Source: Gemmatimonadales bacterium (GTDB lineage Bacteria; Gemmatimonadota; Gemmatimonadetes; Gemmatimonadales; GWC2-71-9). From it: a stretch of DNA of 64,000 nucleotides. The position numbers were made by a program, and so were the translations under genes. Positions within the stretch are counted from its first letter, which is position 1, and the number at the start of each line of letters is the position of its first letter. Below the pieces are notes generated by a model, which had not been told where the DNA came from, made no database searches, and saw only the letters and a program-made list of their open reading frames with translations. Shown here one piece after another: positions 9,069 through 18,911 of this stretch. Location: assembly GCA_036267775.1 (NCBI GenBank), contig DATAVM010000032.1, positions 23,209-87,208 on the forward strand, read 5' to 3'.

Positions 9069-9941
9069 GTGGCATTGAGCATGACGGGGTTCGGGGCCGC
9101 CGAGGGCGACGTTGCCGGCAGGGCCGCCCGGGTGGAAATCCGGACGGTCAATCACCGCTGGTTCAATCTGGCGGCCCGCCTGCCGGGCGAGTTTGCGGCG
9201 GCCGAGGGCGAGCTGCGGGAATTTCTGCGGCGCGAGTTCGGGCGTGGGCATATCAACGTCAGCGTCCGCTGGGTGGCGGACCCGATGGCGGCCACGGCGA
9301 TTGACGTCGAGCGGGTGGCCGGGGTCGTGGCAGCACTCAAGGCCATGCAGGAGCGGTTTGGCCTCGGTGGTGACGTGACGGTCGATCTGGTGGCGCGCCA
9401 TGCCGACCTGTTCGGGTCGCGGCATTTTGACGAGGGTGGTGCCGCGGCGTGGAGCACGCTGGAACCGGTGGTGGCCGCAGCTGCCAGAGAATGCCGGGCA
9501 GCCCGTGTGCGGGAGGGGGCAGCACTGGCACGTGAGCTCGCCAGTCTGCTGGACGATCTCGACACGACGTCCGCGCGGATCGCAGCGCGAGCGCCGGAGC
9601 GGCTGACGCGCGAGCGGAATCGGATGCGGGCGCACGTGGCGGCATTGCTCGATGGCCAGTCGGTGGACGAAGGCCGCGTGGCGCAGGAGCTGGCGATTGC
9701 GGCGGACCGGTTGGACATCACCGAGGAGCTGGTCCGTTTCCGCGCGCATCTGGACGCCAGCCGCGCGGCGCTTGCGGGGGACCAGCCCGTGGGCAAACAG
9801 CTCGGTTTTCTGGCGCAGGAGCTGGGACGCGAAGCGAATACGATGGGCGCCAAGGCCAACGACGCGGCGATGGCGCAGGAAGTGGTGGGGCTCAAGGCCA
9901 CACTGGAGAAGTTTCGCGAGCAGCTGGAGAACCTCGAGTGA
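9069..9941 (+). CDS. yicC: YicC family stress-induced protein
   Basis: MTGFGAAEG...VEIRTVNHRWFNL N-terminus and C-terminal GKQLGFLAQELGREANTMGAKAND are YicC N/C domain signatures. Start at 9069 or 9081. Confidence 0.8.
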   Translation: MALSMTGFGAAEGDVAGRAARVEIRTVNHRWFNLAARLPGEFAAAEGELREFLRREFGRGHINVSVRWVADPMAATAIDVERVAGVVAALKAMQERFGLGGDVTVDLVARHADLFGSRHFDEGGAAAWSTLEPVVAAAARECRAARVREGAALARELASLLDDLDTTSARIAARAPERLTRERNRMRAHVAALLDGQSVDEGRVAQELAIAADRLDITEELVRFRAHLDASRAALAGDQPVGKQLGFLAQELGREANTMGAKANDAAMAQEVVGLKATLEKFREQLENLE

Positions 9942-10576
9942 CGCCCTTTGTGGTGGTGCTCTCGTCGCCCTCCGGCGGCGGCAAGTCGACGATCGCCAAA
10001 CGGATCGTGGCCGAGCGCGGCGATGTGGGATATGCGGTGTCCGCGACGACGCGGCCGCCGCGCCCCGGTGAAGTGGATGGCGTCGCCTATCACTTTGTGA
10101 CGCCGACGGAATTCGAGCGCCGGCGCGAAGCCGGCGAGCTGCTGGAAGACGCAACGTACGGCGGGTATCGCTACGGAACGCTGGCGAGCCAGGTGCGCGC
10201 GGTGCTGCACGGCGGACGCCACGCGCTGCTCGACATCGAGATCGCCGGTGCGCGGCAGGTGCGCCAGGCCATGCCCGATGCGGTATTGATTTTCCTGGCG
10301 CCGCCAAGTGGGACAGCGCTGGCGGCGCGCCTTCGCGGACGCGGGACTGAATCGCACGCGGCGGTTGCCGTCCGGCTCGAGCAGGCGCTGGAAGAGATCG
10401 CGGCGGCCGTCGAGTATGACTATGTGGTCGTGAACAACGATCTTGAGGATGCGGTGCGGGCGGTCAACGCCATCCTCGATGCGGAATCGCGGCGGACGAG
10501 CCGGCAGCGCGATTTCTCGGTACTGCTCGACCGGCTGCGCAGCGAAGTCGCCGCGGAACTCATCCGCGCCGGCTGA
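9938..10576 (+). CDS. gmk: guanylate kinase
   Basis: P-loop SSPSGGGKST, TTRPPRPGEVDGVAYHF and the usual yicC-gmk-rpoZ context. GTGA overlap with yicC. Confidence 0.9.
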   Translation: MTPFVVVLSSPSGGGKSTIAKRIVAERGDVGYAVSATTRPPRPGEVDGVAYHFVTPTEFERRREAGELLEDATYGGYRYGTLASQVRAVLHGGRHALLDIEIAGARQVRQAMPDAVLIFLAPPSGTALAARLRGRGTESHAAVAVRLEQALEEIAAAVEYDYVVVNNDLEDAVRAVNAILDAESRRTSRQRDFSVLLDRLRSEVAAELIRAG

Positions 10577-10594
10577 CTCAACAGGGAGTGGCAC

Positions 10595-10822
10595 ATGGAA
10601 ATCTTCACGCCGCAGGAAGTGGCGCAACACACGGGCTCCAAGTATCGCGGCATTCTCGTCGCCGCCAAGTTTGCCCGCTATCTCAATGAGTTCCCCCGCG
10701 ACGCGGTCGCCGGGTGGGAGCGCGCGGAAGGCGTCAAGAAGCTCACGACGCTGTCGCTGCAGAAGCTCACCAGCGGTGAGTTGACGTTCCGCGAGTTGCG
10801 CCGGCGTCGCACCGAGGCGTGA
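10595..10822 (+). CDS. rpoZ: DNA-directed RNA polymerase subunit omega (probable)
   Basis: 75 aa directly after gmk. SKYRGILVAAKFARYL resembles the omega NKYxLVxxAAKRARQL core. Confidence 0.6.
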   Translation: MEIFTPQEVAQHTGSKYRGILVAAKFARYLNEFPRDAVAGWERAEGVKKLTTLSLQKLTSGELTFRELRRRRTEA

Positions 10823-10823
10823 G

Positions 10824-12014
10824 ATGTGGCAGGGCCGCCGTGTCATCCTCGGGGTGACCGGAGGGATTGCGACCTACAAGGTCGTGGCTCTGGCGCGCGA
10901 ATTGGCGGTGCAGGGCGCAGCAGTCGATGTGATTCTCACTCGCGGCGCCAGAGAGTTTGTGGGCGCGGTCACCTTTGAAGCGGTCACTCGCCGCCCCGTC
11001 CGCTCTTCCATCTGGGAGCGTGACGGGGCGCTCGACCATGTCACCCTGGCCCGGGAAGCAGATCTGATCATCGTGGCTCCCGCGACCGCCAATCTCCTGG
11101 CCCGGGCCGCTGCAGGCGCGGCAGACGATCTGCTGACGGCGCTGCTCCTTGCAGCCTCGAAGCCCGTCCTGCTCGCCCCGGCGATGAACGACGACATGTT
11201 CGCCAACGCTGCGACCGAGGCAAACCTCGCGCTGGTCGCGGCGCGCGGCTGGCACGTGGTCGGTCCCGCCACCGGTGCGCTCGCCGAAGGACCGTCCGAT
11301 CGTCCGGGGCGGATGGTGGAACCGCGCGAGATCATCGCGCATGCTGAGCGGCTGTTGCAGCGCGGCGGCACACTTGACGGCAAGCGCGTTGTGGTCACGG
11401 CGGGTCCCACGCGCGAAGCGATCGACCCGGTGCGCGTGATTACGAATCGCTCGAGCGGCAAGATGGGCTATCGACTCGCGGAAGCGGCGTGGCGGCGCGG
11501 TGCTGTGGTCACACTGATCAGCGGACCATCGGCGGAAGTGGCGCCGGTCGGTGTCGACGTGGTGCGAGTCGACCGTACCGCGGAGATGTCGGCCGCCGTG
11601 AGCGCGGCGCTGCCGCGGAGTGACGTGCTCATCATGGCCGCAGCTCCGGCCGACTATCGCGCGGGCACGGTGGCGGACTCCAAGTTGCCGCGCAGCGGTG
11701 GACTCGACCTCTCGCTCCAACCCACCGACGATATTCTGTTGAGCACTCGCGCGGCGCGTCCCGCGGGACTCACTGTGGTCGGCTTTGCGCTGGAGACCGG
11801 CGACGCCGTGACCAAGGCCCGGCAGAAGCTCGAGCGCAAGTCGCTCGATCTGATTGTCGTGAATGACGCGACCGATCCGCACGCTGGATTCGAAGTCGAC
11901 ACCAACGTTGTGACGATTCTCGATCGGCGTGGCGGCGAGCAGCAGGTGTCCCAGCGCTCCAAGGCCGCCGTCGCGGACGCCATCCTGAATGCCATTGAGG
12001 TCTATCGTGGCTGA
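10824..12014 (+). CDS. coaBC: bifunctional phosphopantothenoylcysteine decarboxylase / phosphopantothenate-cysteine ligase
   Basis: 396 aa. Flavoprotein half (ILGVTGGIATYK, APATANLLA, PAMN) plus DFP half (VVVTAGPTREAIDPVRVITNRSSGKMG). Confidence 0.9.
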   Translation: MWQGRRVILGVTGGIATYKVVALARELAVQGAAVDVILTRGAREFVGAVTFEAVTRRPVRSSIWERDGALDHVTLAREADLIIVAPATANLLARAAAGAADDLLTALLLAASKPVLLAPAMNDDMFANAATEANLALVAARGWHVVGPATGALAEGPSDRPGRMVEPREIIAHAERLLQRGGTLDGKRVVVTAGPTREAIDPVRVITNRSSGKMGYRLAEAAWRRGAVVTLISGPSAEVAPVGVDVVRVDRTAEMSAAVSAALPRSDVLIMAAAPADYRAGTVADSKLPRSGGLDLSLQPTDDILLSTRAARPAGLTVVGFALETGDAVTKARQKLERKSLDLIVVNDATDPHAGFEVDTNVVTILDRRGGEQQVSQRSKAAVADAILNAIEVYRG

Positions 12015-12876
12015 CACAGTGCGCCGCTGGTTTGAATTGCAGCGGGATCTGGGCGGCGACGAACTGGTACTCGATACGCCGATGGACGTGGCTGCGGCGC
12101 TGGCGCAGCGCGATGCGCCAGCGCGGAGTGGTGCCGCCGCGGCACCGCAGCCACCGCCTGCCGCCATGTCGGCACCTCGCGCTGTCGTCGCCGAGCCGCG
12201 CGTCATGCCCGTTGCCGACGACGACGGTGCGACCGGTTGGCGCAAGGGTGCCCCGCCGATTCCCGGCCCCGGCTACACCGTCACGCAGCCCGCAAACTCT
12301 CCGCTCACGGGTACGTCGGCGTGGGACTCGCTCGATGCGATGGCCCAGATGATTGCCGGTTGCGTGAAGTGCCCCCTTTGCCAGGGTCGCACCAACGCCG
12401 TGCCGGGCGAAGGCAATCCGGAAGCGCGACTGATGCTGGTGGGCGAAGGACCAGGCGAGAGTGAAGATCTTTCCGGCCGGCCTTTTGTGGGACGCGCTGG
12501 CGAATTGCTCGACAAGATTCTCGAAAGCATCGAGATGCCGCGGGCGACCGTCTTCATTGCCAACGTCGTCAAGTGTCGGCCGCCACGGAATCGCGCACCG
12601 CTCCCCGAAGAGCGCGATGCGTGCATGCCGTATCTGCGCCGGCAGATCGCGCTGGTCAACCCCGACGTGATCCTCGCCCTCGGCAGCACCGCTGCGGAAG
12701 CGCTGCTCGGCATGAAGCGTCCACTCGGCGAATTGCGGCTCAAGGTGCATCTGTGGGATGGCATCCCGCTGGTGGTGACCTATCACCCGGCCGCATTGCT
12801 CCGCAACCCCAACTGGAAGCGGCCCGCGTGGGACGACGTTCGTATCGCACGCCAGCTCCTTGATCGTCATGGCTGA
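11989..12876 (+). CDS. uracil-DNA glycosylase, family 4, with about 120-aa low-complexity N-terminal extension
   Basis: CVKCPLCQGRTNAVPGEGNPEARLMLVGEGPGESEDLSGRPFVGRAGELL and VKCRPPRNR are family-4 UDG motifs. Start at ATG 11989 or GTG 12007, both overlapping the coaBC end. Confidence 0.8.
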   Translation: MPLRSIVADTVRRWFELQRDLGGDELVLDTPMDVAAALAQRDAPARSGAAAAPQPPPAAMSAPRAVVAEPRVMPVADDDGATGWRKGAPPIPGPGYTVTQPANSPLTGTSAWDSLDAMAQMIAGCVKCPLCQGRTNAVPGEGNPEARLMLVGEGPGESEDLSGRPFVGRAGELLDKILESIEMPRATVFIANVVKCRPPRNRAPLPEERDACMPYLRRQIALVNPDVILALGSTAAEALLGMKRPLGELRLKVHLWDGIPLVVTYHPAALLRNPNWKRPAWDDVRIARQLLDRHG

Positions 12877-14230
12877 TCCGTTCCAGAGCAGGAGCGCTCC
12901 CGCCAGTCAGGAAGCGGAGCAGGCCGTGCTCGGCGCCATGCTGATCGATGGCGACGCGGCGCTGCGCGGCGTCGAGCTTCTCGACGACCTGGCGTTCTAC
13001 AAGGAAGGGCATCGCCGCCTCTTCCGCGCGTTGCGAACGCTCGTCGAACAGCGGATGGTCATCGACTACGTCACGCTGCGCGATGAACTCACGCGCCGGG
13101 GTGAACTCGATCTTGCCGGCGGTACGGCGTATCTCGAAGAGTTGATGAGCGCGGTGCCCACGGCGGCCAACCTCGAATACCATGCACGCATCCTCAAGGA
13201 AAAGACGATCCAGCGGCGGCTGATCGAAGCCGCGACGCAGATCATCACCGACACGTACGACGGCAAGTCGACCGCCAACGAACTGCTCGACAAGGCGGAA
13301 GGCACCATCTTCACCATTGGCCAGCAGCGCCGCGAGGCGGGTTTCACCCGCATCAAGGAGAAGCTCTGGTCGACCATGGAGCACATCGAGGCGTTGCAGA
13401 AGAAGGGCGCCGCGATCACCGGCGTGCCGAGCGGGTTCGCAGAGCTCGACAAGCTCACGACCGGATTCCAGCCGTCGGAACTGGTCATTGTGGCGGCGCG
13501 GCCGTCGATGGGGAAAACCGCCTTCTGCCTCAACATGGCCACGCACGCGGCGTACTCGGGTCATGGTGTCGCGATCTTCTCGCTGGAAATGTCGACCAAC
13601 GCGCTGGTGCAGCGCATGCTGTGCGCCGAGGCGCGAGTCGATTCGCAGGCGGTGCGGCAGGGGCGGATCAAGGACAACGATTTTCCCAAGCTGGCGTCCG
13701 CGGCGGGGATTCTGCAGAACTGTCCGGTCTGGATCGACGATACGCCGGCACTCACGCTGCTGGAGATGCGTTCAAAGGCCCGGCGTCTGCGTGCGGAAAA
13801 TGACGTTCAGCTCGTCATCGTCGATTATCTGCAGCTGATGCGCAGCCCGGACCACGCCGACAACCGGGTGCAGGAGATTTCGGATATTTCGCGATCGCTC
13901 AAGGGACTCGCGCGCGAGCTGGAGGTGCCGGTCATCGCGCTGTCACAGCTTTCCCGCGCGTCGGAGCAGCGCGGCGGCGAGCGGACGCCGGTGCTGTCCG
14001 ACCTGCGCGACTCGGGCGCGATCGAGCAGGACGCCGACGTCGTCATCTTCATCAGCCGCCCGGAGATGTACAAGGATCTGCGCGACAAGGCCGAGGAATC
14101 AGGCACGTCGGTCGATGGTCGCGCCGACATCCAGGTGGCCAAGCACCGGAACGGTCCGACCGGCTCGTTCGAGCTCTACTTCCACAAGCAGTACACGCGC
14201 TTTGACAACCGCTCGGAGCGGGATCAGTAG
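12869..14230 (+). CDS. dnaB: replicative DNA helicase
   Basis: ORF 12860..14230. EAEQAVLGAMLID, Walker A AARPSMGKTAF, IVDYLQLM and SQLSRASEQR. ATG 12869 preferred. No intein-sized insertion. Confidence 0.9.
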   Translation: MADPFQSRSAPASQEAEQAVLGAMLIDGDAALRGVELLDDLAFYKEGHRRLFRALRTLVEQRMVIDYVTLRDELTRRGELDLAGGTAYLEELMSAVPTAANLEYHARILKEKTIQRRLIEAATQIITDTYDGKSTANELLDKAEGTIFTIGQQRREAGFTRIKEKLWSTMEHIEALQKKGAAITGVPSGFAELDKLTTGFQPSELVIVAARPSMGKTAFCLNMATHAAYSGHGVAIFSLEMSTNALVQRMLCAEARVDSQAVRQGRIKDNDFPKLASAAGILQNCPVWIDDTPALTLLEMRSKARRLRAENDVQLVIVDYLQLMRSPDHADNRVQEISDISRSLKGLARELEVPVIALSQLSRASEQRGGERTPVLSDLRDSGAIEQDADVVIFISRPEMYKDLRDKAEESGTSVDGRADIQVAKHRNGPTGSFELYFHKQYTRFDNRSERDQ

Positions 14231-14231
14231 C

Positions 14232-15584
14232 ATGGCCCGGGCGCGCTCGGTCTGGCGATGTGTCGCATGTGGCCACGACCATCCCAAATGGGTGGGACGC
14301 TGCGACGCGTGCGGCGGCTGGAATACTGTGGCGGAAGAAGTCCTGTCAGGCCCAGCCCCCCGCGCCGGCGCCATGGTGGCGAACGAGCGTCCGGTCATCC
14401 GACTGCGGGATGTGACCGCCGAACGGCTCGAGCGCTGGAGCACCGGCCTTGCCGAGCTCGACTACGTCCTCGGCGGCGGTGTCGTGCCGGGGTCGATGAC
14501 GCTGATTGGTGGCGAGCCAGGGATCGGCAAGTCGACCTTGTTGCTGCAGGCCGCGGCCAAGCTGGAAGCGTCCGGTCGCACCGTGCTGTACGCGAGCGGC
14601 GAAGAGTCTGCCGAGCAGTTGCGCCTGCGCGCGGATCGCCTGGGCCACGACGCCGTCGCGGTGCACGTGCTTGGCGAAACGCGCCTCGAAGCGGTCCTCA
14701 AGGCCGCGGCTGCGATGGACGCGTCGGTGCTTGTCCTCGATTCGATCCAGACGGTTTACACCGAGGCTTTGGAGAGTGCGCCGGGGAACGTGGGCCAGGT
14801 CCGCGAATGCGCTGGCCTGCTCATGCGGTACGCCAAGGACAGCGGGATGGCGGTGATTGTGGTGGGCCATGTGACCAAGGGCGGATCGCTCGCCGGTCCC
14901 AAGACGCTGGAACATATTGTCGACACCGTGTTGTACTTCGAAGGTGAAAACACTCTCGACTACCGGCTGCTGCGCGCCACCAAGAATCGCTTTGGCTCGG
15001 TCGACGAACTCGGCGTGTTCACCATGACCAGTGAAGGGCTCGTGGCGGTGGCCAATCCGTCGGCAGTCTTCCTGGCCGCGCGAGCGGCAGATACCGCCGG
15101 GGGCGCGGTCACCGCGTTGATGGAAGGCACGCGGCCGGTGCTTGTGGAGGTGCAGGCGCTCGCGGCACCCTCCGGCTACGGTACACCGCAGCGCGTGGCA
15201 ACTGGACTCGATCCCAAGCGTCTGGCCGTGATTCTGGCAGTGCTTGAACGCCGAGCGGGAGCGAGCTTTGCGGCGATGGATGTCTTTGTCCAGGTCACCG
15301 CTGGTGTCCGGCTTACCGAGCCCGGAGCCGACCTCGCGGTCGCCGCGGCGCTCCTCTCCTCGATGCACGATCGTCCAACGCCGGCGAATGCGCTCTTTCT
15401 GGGCGAGCTCGGCCTGGGCGGCGAGATCCGTCCGATCGGCGGACTCGAGCGGCGACTCGCAGAAGCCGCGCGACTGGGTTTTGCCGATGCGTACGGCTCG
15501 TCGCGCGCGCAACCGGTGGTGACCGGCATTCGCCATCGCGGACTCGCGCATGTCGATCAACTGGTGCGCACACTTGCCGCGTGA
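14232..15584 (+). CDS. radA: DNA repair protein RadA/Sms
   Basis: Internal Met of ORF 14115..15584. Zn ribbon WRCVACGHDHPKWVGRCDACGGWNT, Walker A GGEPGIGKST, KNRFG motif and Lon-like C-terminus. Confidence 0.9.
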   Translation: MARARSVWRCVACGHDHPKWVGRCDACGGWNTVAEEVLSGPAPRAGAMVANERPVIRLRDVTAERLERWSTGLAELDYVLGGGVVPGSMTLIGGEPGIGKSTLLLQAAAKLEASGRTVLYASGEESAEQLRLRADRLGHDAVAVHVLGETRLEAVLKAAAAMDASVLVLDSIQTVYTEALESAPGNVGQVRECAGLLMRYAKDSGMAVIVVGHVTKGGSLAGPKTLEHIVDTVLYFEGENTLDYRLLRATKNRFGSVDELGVFTMTSEGLVAVANPSAVFLAARAADTAGGAVTALMEGTRPVLVEVQALAAPSGYGTPQRVATGLDPKRLAVILAVLERRAGASFAAMDVFVQVTAGVRLTEPGADLAVAAALLSSMHDRPTPANALFLGELGLGGEIRPIGGLERRLAEAARLGFADAYGSSRAQPVVTGIRHRGLAHVDQLVRTLAA

Positions 15585-16254
15585 TGTCGGCGTGGTGATC
15601 GTGGCGGCGGGCGACGGGACCCGCCTGGGCGGGGACGTTCCCAAGCAATTTCTCATGCTGGCGGGTGTGCCGGTGCTGTTGCGGGCGGCGCGTCCGTTTG
15701 TGTCGCACCCCGAGGTGATGCACGTCGTGGTCGTGCTCCGGCCGGCCGATGCCGCTGCACCGCCGGACTGGCTGGCACCACTCGTGGGCAGTGCACTGAG
15801 CATTGCCGCAGGAGGCGCTACGCGCCGGGAATCGGTCGCGGCGGGCTTGGCGTGTCTCGCGGCCGAGATCAAGGTGGTGCTGGTACACGACGGCGCGCGA
15901 CCGTTTCCGCCGCGCGCCGCAATCGACGGCGGCATTCGCGCCGCGCGGAGCGGCGTGAGTGCGGTGCCGGCCATCGGCATGGCCGACACCCTCAAGCGTG
16001 CCGATGCCCAGGGGCGCGTGACGGCGACGGTTCCGCGCGAGGACATCTGGAGCGCGCAGACACCGCAGGCCTTTCCGCGCACAATTCTCGTACGCGCGCA
16101 TGCGCAACCGCCAACAACGCCCGCGACCGACGACGCAATGCTGGTCGAATCGCTGGGCGAGCCGGTCGTGCTCGTACCGGGCGCGCGGCGCAATCTCAAG
16201 ATCACCACGCCCGAGGATCTCGCACTCGCGACGTGGTACGCGAATACGCCGTGA
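15550..16254 (+). CDS. ispD: 2-C-methyl-D-erythritol 4-phosphate cytidylyltransferase
   Basis: VIVAAGDGTRLGGDVPKQFL and VLVHDGARPF. Start at ATG 15550 (overlaps radA) or GTG 15592. Confidence 0.85.
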   Translation: MSINWCAHLPRDVGVVIVAAGDGTRLGGDVPKQFLMLAGVPVLLRAARPFVSHPEVMHVVVVLRPADAAAPPDWLAPLVGSALSIAAGGATRRESVAAGLACLAAEIKVVLVHDGARPFPPRAAIDGGIRAARSGVSAVPAIGMADTLKRADAQGRVTATVPREDIWSAQTPQAFPRTILVRAHAQPPTTPATDDAMLVESLGEPVVLVPGARRNLKITTPEDLALATWYANTP

Positions 16255-16901
16255 CGCTGCCGTTCTTTTCCGTGGGCGACGCCGTGGCCGCCGCGGACCG
16301 CATCAAGACGCATCTCGCGGCGGACCGGCTGCTCGCCTATCCCACCGAAACGGTGTACGGCCTGGGTTCAGCGCCCACCGAGCGCGCGCTCGACCGGCTG
16401 GCGCAACTCAAAGGCCGTCCGCCGGGCAAGCCATTTCTTCTGCTCGTGAGCGGCATTCCGATGCTCGAGGCGTGGGGCCTTTCGCTCGGACCCGCTGCGC
16501 GGACACTCGCGCACGAATTCTGGCCAGGGCCGCTCACGCTCGTGCTCCGTGGTGGCGAAGGTCGTCTGCCCGACCGCCTGCGTGGGCGCGAGGGCGGCAT
16601 CGCCGTGCGGTGGACCTCGCACGCGGCCGTCGCGGCGCTGGTCGACCGGCTGGGTCACCCGTTGACATCGACGTCCGCCAATCGTCCGGGCGAGGCTGCA
16701 GCGCCGGGCCCCGAGCGGATCGAAACAGTCTTTGCCGACGCCATTACCGCCGGCGAACTGCTGGTGCTCGATGGTGGCGTGCTCGGCAACGTGCCGCCGT
16801 CGACGCTGGTCGACTGCACCGGCCCGGTGCCACTGATGGTGCGGGAAGGCGCAATCCCCAAGGCAGAGTTGCGCCGGCGCGCAGGATCGATGGCGCCATG
16901 A
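16251..16901 (+). CDS. tsaC: L-threonylcarbamoyladenylate synthase (YrdC/TsaC type)
   Basis: In frame of ORF 15852..16901. LLAYPTETVYGLG, LKGRPPGKPFLLLV, TSTSANRPGE. GTG 16251 overlaps the ispD stop (GTGA). Confidence 0.8.
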   Translation: MTLPFFSVGDAVAAADRIKTHLAADRLLAYPTETVYGLGSAPTERALDRLAQLKGRPPGKPFLLLVSGIPMLEAWGLSLGPAARTLAHEFWPGPLTLVLRGGEGRLPDRLRGREGGIAVRWTSHAAVAALVDRLGHPLTSTSANRPGEAAAPGPERIETVFADAITAGELLVLDGGVLGNVPPSTLVDCTGPVPLMVREGAIPKAELRRRAGSMAP

Positions 16902-17362
16902 AGATCCTGTTCGTGTGTTCGGGGAACACCTGCCGATCGCCGCTCGCGGCCGCGATTCTAACGGAGAAACTTGCGGCGCAGCCTGCGCTGAGCGGCGTCA
17001 CCGTCGCGTCCGCTGGCACGAATGCGTGGGAAGGCTCGCCGGCGTCTGAGGGATCGTACTTGATCGCGCTCGAGCGCGGACTCGATCTCTCCGCCCACCG
17101 CGCGCGGTTGCTCACGGCCGACCTGGTGCGTGACGCCGATCTGATTCTCGGCATGTCCGACAGTCACGTCCGTCGGGCGACTGATCTTGGCGGCGGCGGC
17201 AAGTCGCACAATCTCGTGACGTATGTCGGCGGCCTGCCCGGACAGCGTGACGTGCCCGATCCTGTTGGCGGCGATGTCGCGGGCTATCGGCAGACCGGCG
17301 ATTTTCTCGATACGCTGCTCACCCGCCTCATCACGAAACTCGCCGCGGAGCGCCGCTCATGA
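16898..17362 (+). CDS. low-molecular-weight protein-tyrosine phosphatase / arsenate-reductase-fold protein
   Basis: Internal Met of ORF 16100..17362. MKILFVCSGNTCRSP carries the C-x5-R-S P-loop, and DVPDPVGG supplies the Asp loop. Confidence 0.8.
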   Translation: MKILFVCSGNTCRSPLAAAILTEKLAAQPALSGVTVASAGTNAWEGSPASEGSYLIALERGLDLSAHRARLLTADLVRDADLILGMSDSHVRRATDLGGGGKSHNLVTYVGGLPGQRDVPDPVGGDVAGYRQTGDFLDTLLTRLITKLAAERRS

Positions 17363-18168
17363 GGCCGTCAGCGCACACGCGCGTGTTCGCGGTGCTGGGC
17401 AATCCGGTGGCGCATTCTTTGTCGCCGCGCATGCACAACGCCGGCTTTCTTGCCGCCGGGATCGACGCGGTATATGTGGCACTCGCCGTCGATGCGGCCA
17501 GCGTCTCCTCGCTCATGCACGCGCTGGTGATGGCCGGCGGCGGCGGCAACGTGACGGTGCCCCACAAACAGGTGGCCGCGGCGTCGGGTCATGCAATCAC
17601 AGCGCGTGTCGCGCGCCTCGGCGCTGGCAATGCGTTCGGCATGGTCGACAGCCTGGTAACGGTCGAGAACACGGACGTTGACGGCGTTCTCGCCGCCGTC
17701 GACCGGCTTGGGGTCACCGCGCAGAGCTGGTGCGTGTTGGGCACCGGCGGCAGTGCGCGCGCAGTGGTGGAAGCGGCGCGCGAGCGCGGTACCCGCGTGG
17801 CGGTACGTTCGCGGAGTGCCGAGCGCCAAGCGGCATTCGTGCAGTGGATGACCGGAATCGGCGTCGAGACCGCCGGCAGCGATGAATGTGACCTGGTGCT
17901 CAACGCGACACCTCTGGGACTTGGGCCGCACGATGCGCTACCGGTGGACCTCGCCACGTTGCCTGCTGTGGTCGGGGCAGTCGACCTGACGTATCGCGCC
18001 GATGGACCCACCGCGTGGGTCCGGCGCTGTCATGAGCGCGGCGTCGCCGCCTGTGACGGGCGCGAAACACTGCTGGTGCAGGGTGCCGCGTCGTGGCGGC
18101 TCTGGTTTCCCGAGGTGTCACCCCCACTCGAAGTGATGCGCGCTGCTCTCGATGGTCGCCTGGGCTGA
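17359..18168 (+). CDS. aroE: shikimate dehydrogenase
   Basis: VFAVLGNPVAHSLSPRMHNAGF, NVTVPHK, NTDVDG, VLGTGGSARA. Confidence 0.85.
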   Translation: MRPSAHTRVFAVLGNPVAHSLSPRMHNAGFLAAGIDAVYVALAVDAASVSSLMHALVMAGGGGNVTVPHKQVAAASGHAITARVARLGAGNAFGMVDSLVTVENTDVDGVLAAVDRLGVTAQSWCVLGTGGSARAVVEAARERGTRVAVRSRSAERQAAFVQWMTGIGVETAGSDECDLVLNATPLGLGPHDALPVDLATLPAVVGAVDLTYRADGPTAWVRRCHERGVAACDGRETLLVQGAASWRLWFPEVSPPLEVMRAALDGRLG

Positions 18169-18880
18169 GACCGCCCGGCGGCTGGAGCGCTGGCTCCTTC
18201 CCGCCGAGTGCGTGACATGCGCGGCGCCCATCACTACTGCGCGGGAGTCACTGGTCTGTGCGGTCTGCCGCCTCCGCTGGCGTGTCGTGGAGGCGCCCAA
18301 CTGCGCGCGGTGCGGGGAGTCGCTCCCGCTGGGCCTTGGCTGCCGGATCTGTATTGATTGGCCGCCGGATCTTGGTCCCGTGCGGAGTGCGGTCCAGCTG
18401 GACGCCATCACCCGACCGCTGGTGCACCGTTTCAAGTATCAGGGATGGTGGCGGTTGAGCGCCGACTTTGCCGTTCGGATGGCGCCCATGCTTGCGCAGC
18501 TCGGACCGGGCGATCTCGTGCCGGTGCCGCTCGGTCGCGCGCGCCAGCGCCAGCGGGGCTTCAACCAGGCCGAGGCCTTGGCAAGCGCACTCGCAGCGCT
18601 CAGCGGCCGGGCAGTGCGTCCCGAGCGGCTGGCTCGGATGCGTGAGACCCCGAGCCAGACCCGTCTCACGCCCGAAGAGCGCCGCGCCAACCTCAGCGAG
18701 GCCTTCCAGGCCGGGTCCGTCAGTCACGTCCCGGTCATTCTGGTCGATGATGTATTCACGACCGGCGCCACATTATGTTCGGCGGCGGAGGCCCTGCTGG
18801 ACGCGGGAGTGCCGCAGGTTGCCGCCATTACGTTCGCCCGGGCTGGCCTTCCACTTGCGGGAGAACCCCGGAGACTTTGA
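18152..18880 (+). CDS. comF: ComF family protein (phosphoribosyltransferase domain)
   Basis: N-terminal Cys pairs (CVTC...CAVC, CARCG...CRIC), RGFNQAE and PRTase motif [13 protein letters not shown]. Confidence 0.75.
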   Translation: MVAWAETARRLERWLLPAECVTCAAPITTARESLVCAVCRLRWRVVEAPNCARCGESLPLGLGCRICIDWPPDLGPVRSAVQLDAITRPLVHRFKYQGWWRLSADFAVRMAPMLAQLGPGDLVPVPLGRARQRQRGFNQAEALASALAALSGRAVRPERLARMRETPSQTRLTPEERRANLSEAFQAGSVSHVPVILVDDVFTTGATLCSAAEALLDAGVPQVAAITFARAGLPLAGEPRRL

Positions 18881-18911
18881 CGATTCACAGCTTCAGCCGC
18901 GAGGAGCGGGG